DNA of 36,040 nt, taken from assembly GCA_051942245.1 (NCBI GenBank), contig JAVECL010000207.1, positions 1-36,040 on the forward strand. The letters run 5' to 3'. The notes beneath the pieces are model-generated. The model did no database searches, was not told the DNA's origin, and saw only the letters and a list, made by a program, of their open reading frames with translations. This document shows positions 34,594 through 36,040 of this stretch, piece by piece (positions within the stretch are counted from its first letter, which is position 1; the number at the start of each line of letters is the position of its first letter). This stretch comes from Trypethelium eluteriae (taxonomy: Eukaryota). Position numbers and translations under genes: made by a program.

Positions 34594-35627
34594 ATGCCGA
34601 AGGTCCTATCCAGCGAACGGGAGCCGTCCTATCACCCTTATCACGAAATGAACAGCATACTTGGAAAGAGACGGCGCTCAACAGACATTTGCGGCACATT
34701 GAACTCCCGCCCTGGAAGCCTATCGCAGCAAGACGTCAAACAAAAGTCCACCGAAGATTTGCAATGCAAGCTTTTACGAGAGGACTTGAAGTCTCGAAAG
34801 AACATTGTTATTGTCAGTAGAGCCGGTATCTCTACAGAGGCTGGAGGTAATTTCATCGTTGTATCATACAAGAGATGTCAACTAATGAGACATCAGTCAA
34901 TGATTTCCGCAGTAATTCTAGGAGCAAGGACTTGAGTTTGAACACCTTTGACGTTTCAGCCTTTTGCACCGAAGAGTCCGCCGAAAAACTCCATTATACC
35001 ATCTATGAGATATATAGATCGGCTTCGAACCCAAAGCTTAGCAGACTTGAACTTGCAATGGATGAGCTCGCTCAGGACGGTCGGCTCTTATCTCATTTTA
35101 CACAGAACTTTAATTGCCGCCCCTGCCGACTCACTTCGCTTGCCGAGAGAACCGTTTGGATGCATGGTAGGGCCGACACGATGATGTGTCATATAAGTTC
35201 TAGGCATACAGTTCAGGTCTCATCAGATTCATTCCAGAAGTGGGCCCTCACCCCTTGTCCAGAGTGTCAAGCCGAGGCGCGCAGACGGGTAGATTAAGGA
35301 AAACGACCCCGTGATATTGGTCTCCTTCAATCCAAGGTACTTCTCTATGGAGAGCGTAGTCCCGATGAAGAAGACATCGGGGAAAGGTTGGAGAGAGACC
35401 TAAAGCAAACAGTCGATGCGGTCATAATCATAGGAACAAGACTAAGGATTGATGCTTTAAGGAGCTTTGTACAGGGTATCCATCAGAAAGCCAAGAAAGA
35501 AAAGAGGAATATAATCACCATATGGGTGAACAACAAAGCTCCAACCCTTGGAAAAGGATTTCAATCCCTCCTTAACTATCAGTGGCTCAGTGACTGTAAC
35601 GAGTTCGTATCATGTATTTTAGCTTAA
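34594..35627 (+). pseudogene. Sir2-family NAD-dependent deacetylase (Hst3/Hst4-like), inactivated
   Basis: Exons 34594-34846 and 34897-35627. Motifs IVIVSRAGISTEAGVNDFRS (cf. GAGIS..AGIPDFRS), GRLLSHFTQNFN (cf. TQNID), MHG, Zn-site remnant CPEC, GKR..IGLL..KVLLYGE, IIGT.L.I, WVN and DC. In-frame TAA at 35295-35297. Confidence 0.88.
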
Positions 35628-36040
35628 TAATGAGACCTATTCAATAGTTGTCCGTCTCGGTATTAAGAAGTCGATGTGGATTATTCATTTATGGGCAACA
35701 AGTCTAATTTCACAAAGAATATATAAGCGATCAACGTTTACTTAATGTATCAACCTCGTAGCTTCGGAGCATCCTGTGTGCGCAGTGGTGGCACCATCAT
35801 AATTTTAGGCAACGACAGCTCCATCAACACTGATGCCTGGTCCGACGTGCCCATATCGACAGTCTTTTGCCCTTGCCCGCGCTTGGCTTACCGGTACCTA
35901 ATTGATTGATTGATTATGTCCTACACCCAGTCAGGCCTAGCGCAGGCCCATGTGGGGAACTAGCTGACTAATATACAGTGTGAGAATGCCCTCGATATTA
36001 TAAGCTCCTGTACAAGCTGAACCTTCCCTCTATCTAAGCT

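Noticed and set aside
29300..36040. Firm call of a Starship or hAT element
   Set aside because: No tyrosine recombinase, transposase, paired TIR or target duplication is visible in the window; kept only as a hypothesis.

Overview
Eukaryotic DNA from a filamentous ascomycete. It has short spliceosomal introns with GTRAGT donors, CTRAC/CTAAC branch points and YAG acceptors, and the proteins look Eurotiomycete-like. Bases 1-13.1 kb hold six minus-strand genes: a signal-peptide Ser/Thr-rich membrane protein (partial), kinesin-1, RAD6/UBC2, an MSS116/CYT-19 DEAD-box helicase, a conserved hypothetical protein and an SDR. Two of them need GC-AG introns. Bases 14.3-23 kb look accessory: an acidic orphan gene closely followed by a doubly frameshifted gene with a Cys/CAE C-terminus, a fungal hypothetical gene, and a GMC oxidoreductase broken by one TAA. 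An XBP1-like APSES factor and a second SDR follow. From about 29.3 kb to the end lies a RIP-scarred island. It opens with a helically phased CTGAG array and contains a ~430-codon RIP-killed ORF and an apparently intact DUF7924-like PD-(D/E)XK-type gene. It continues with a non-coding array of two interleaved ~44-bp palindrome-cored repeats and a RIP-inactivated Sir2 (Hst3/4-like) gene. This island is the best candidate for an undescribed system or for cargo of a giant mobile element. No transposase or Starship captain gene is visible, and no tRNA, rRNA or CRISPR was found. All family calls come from motif recognition, not database searches.
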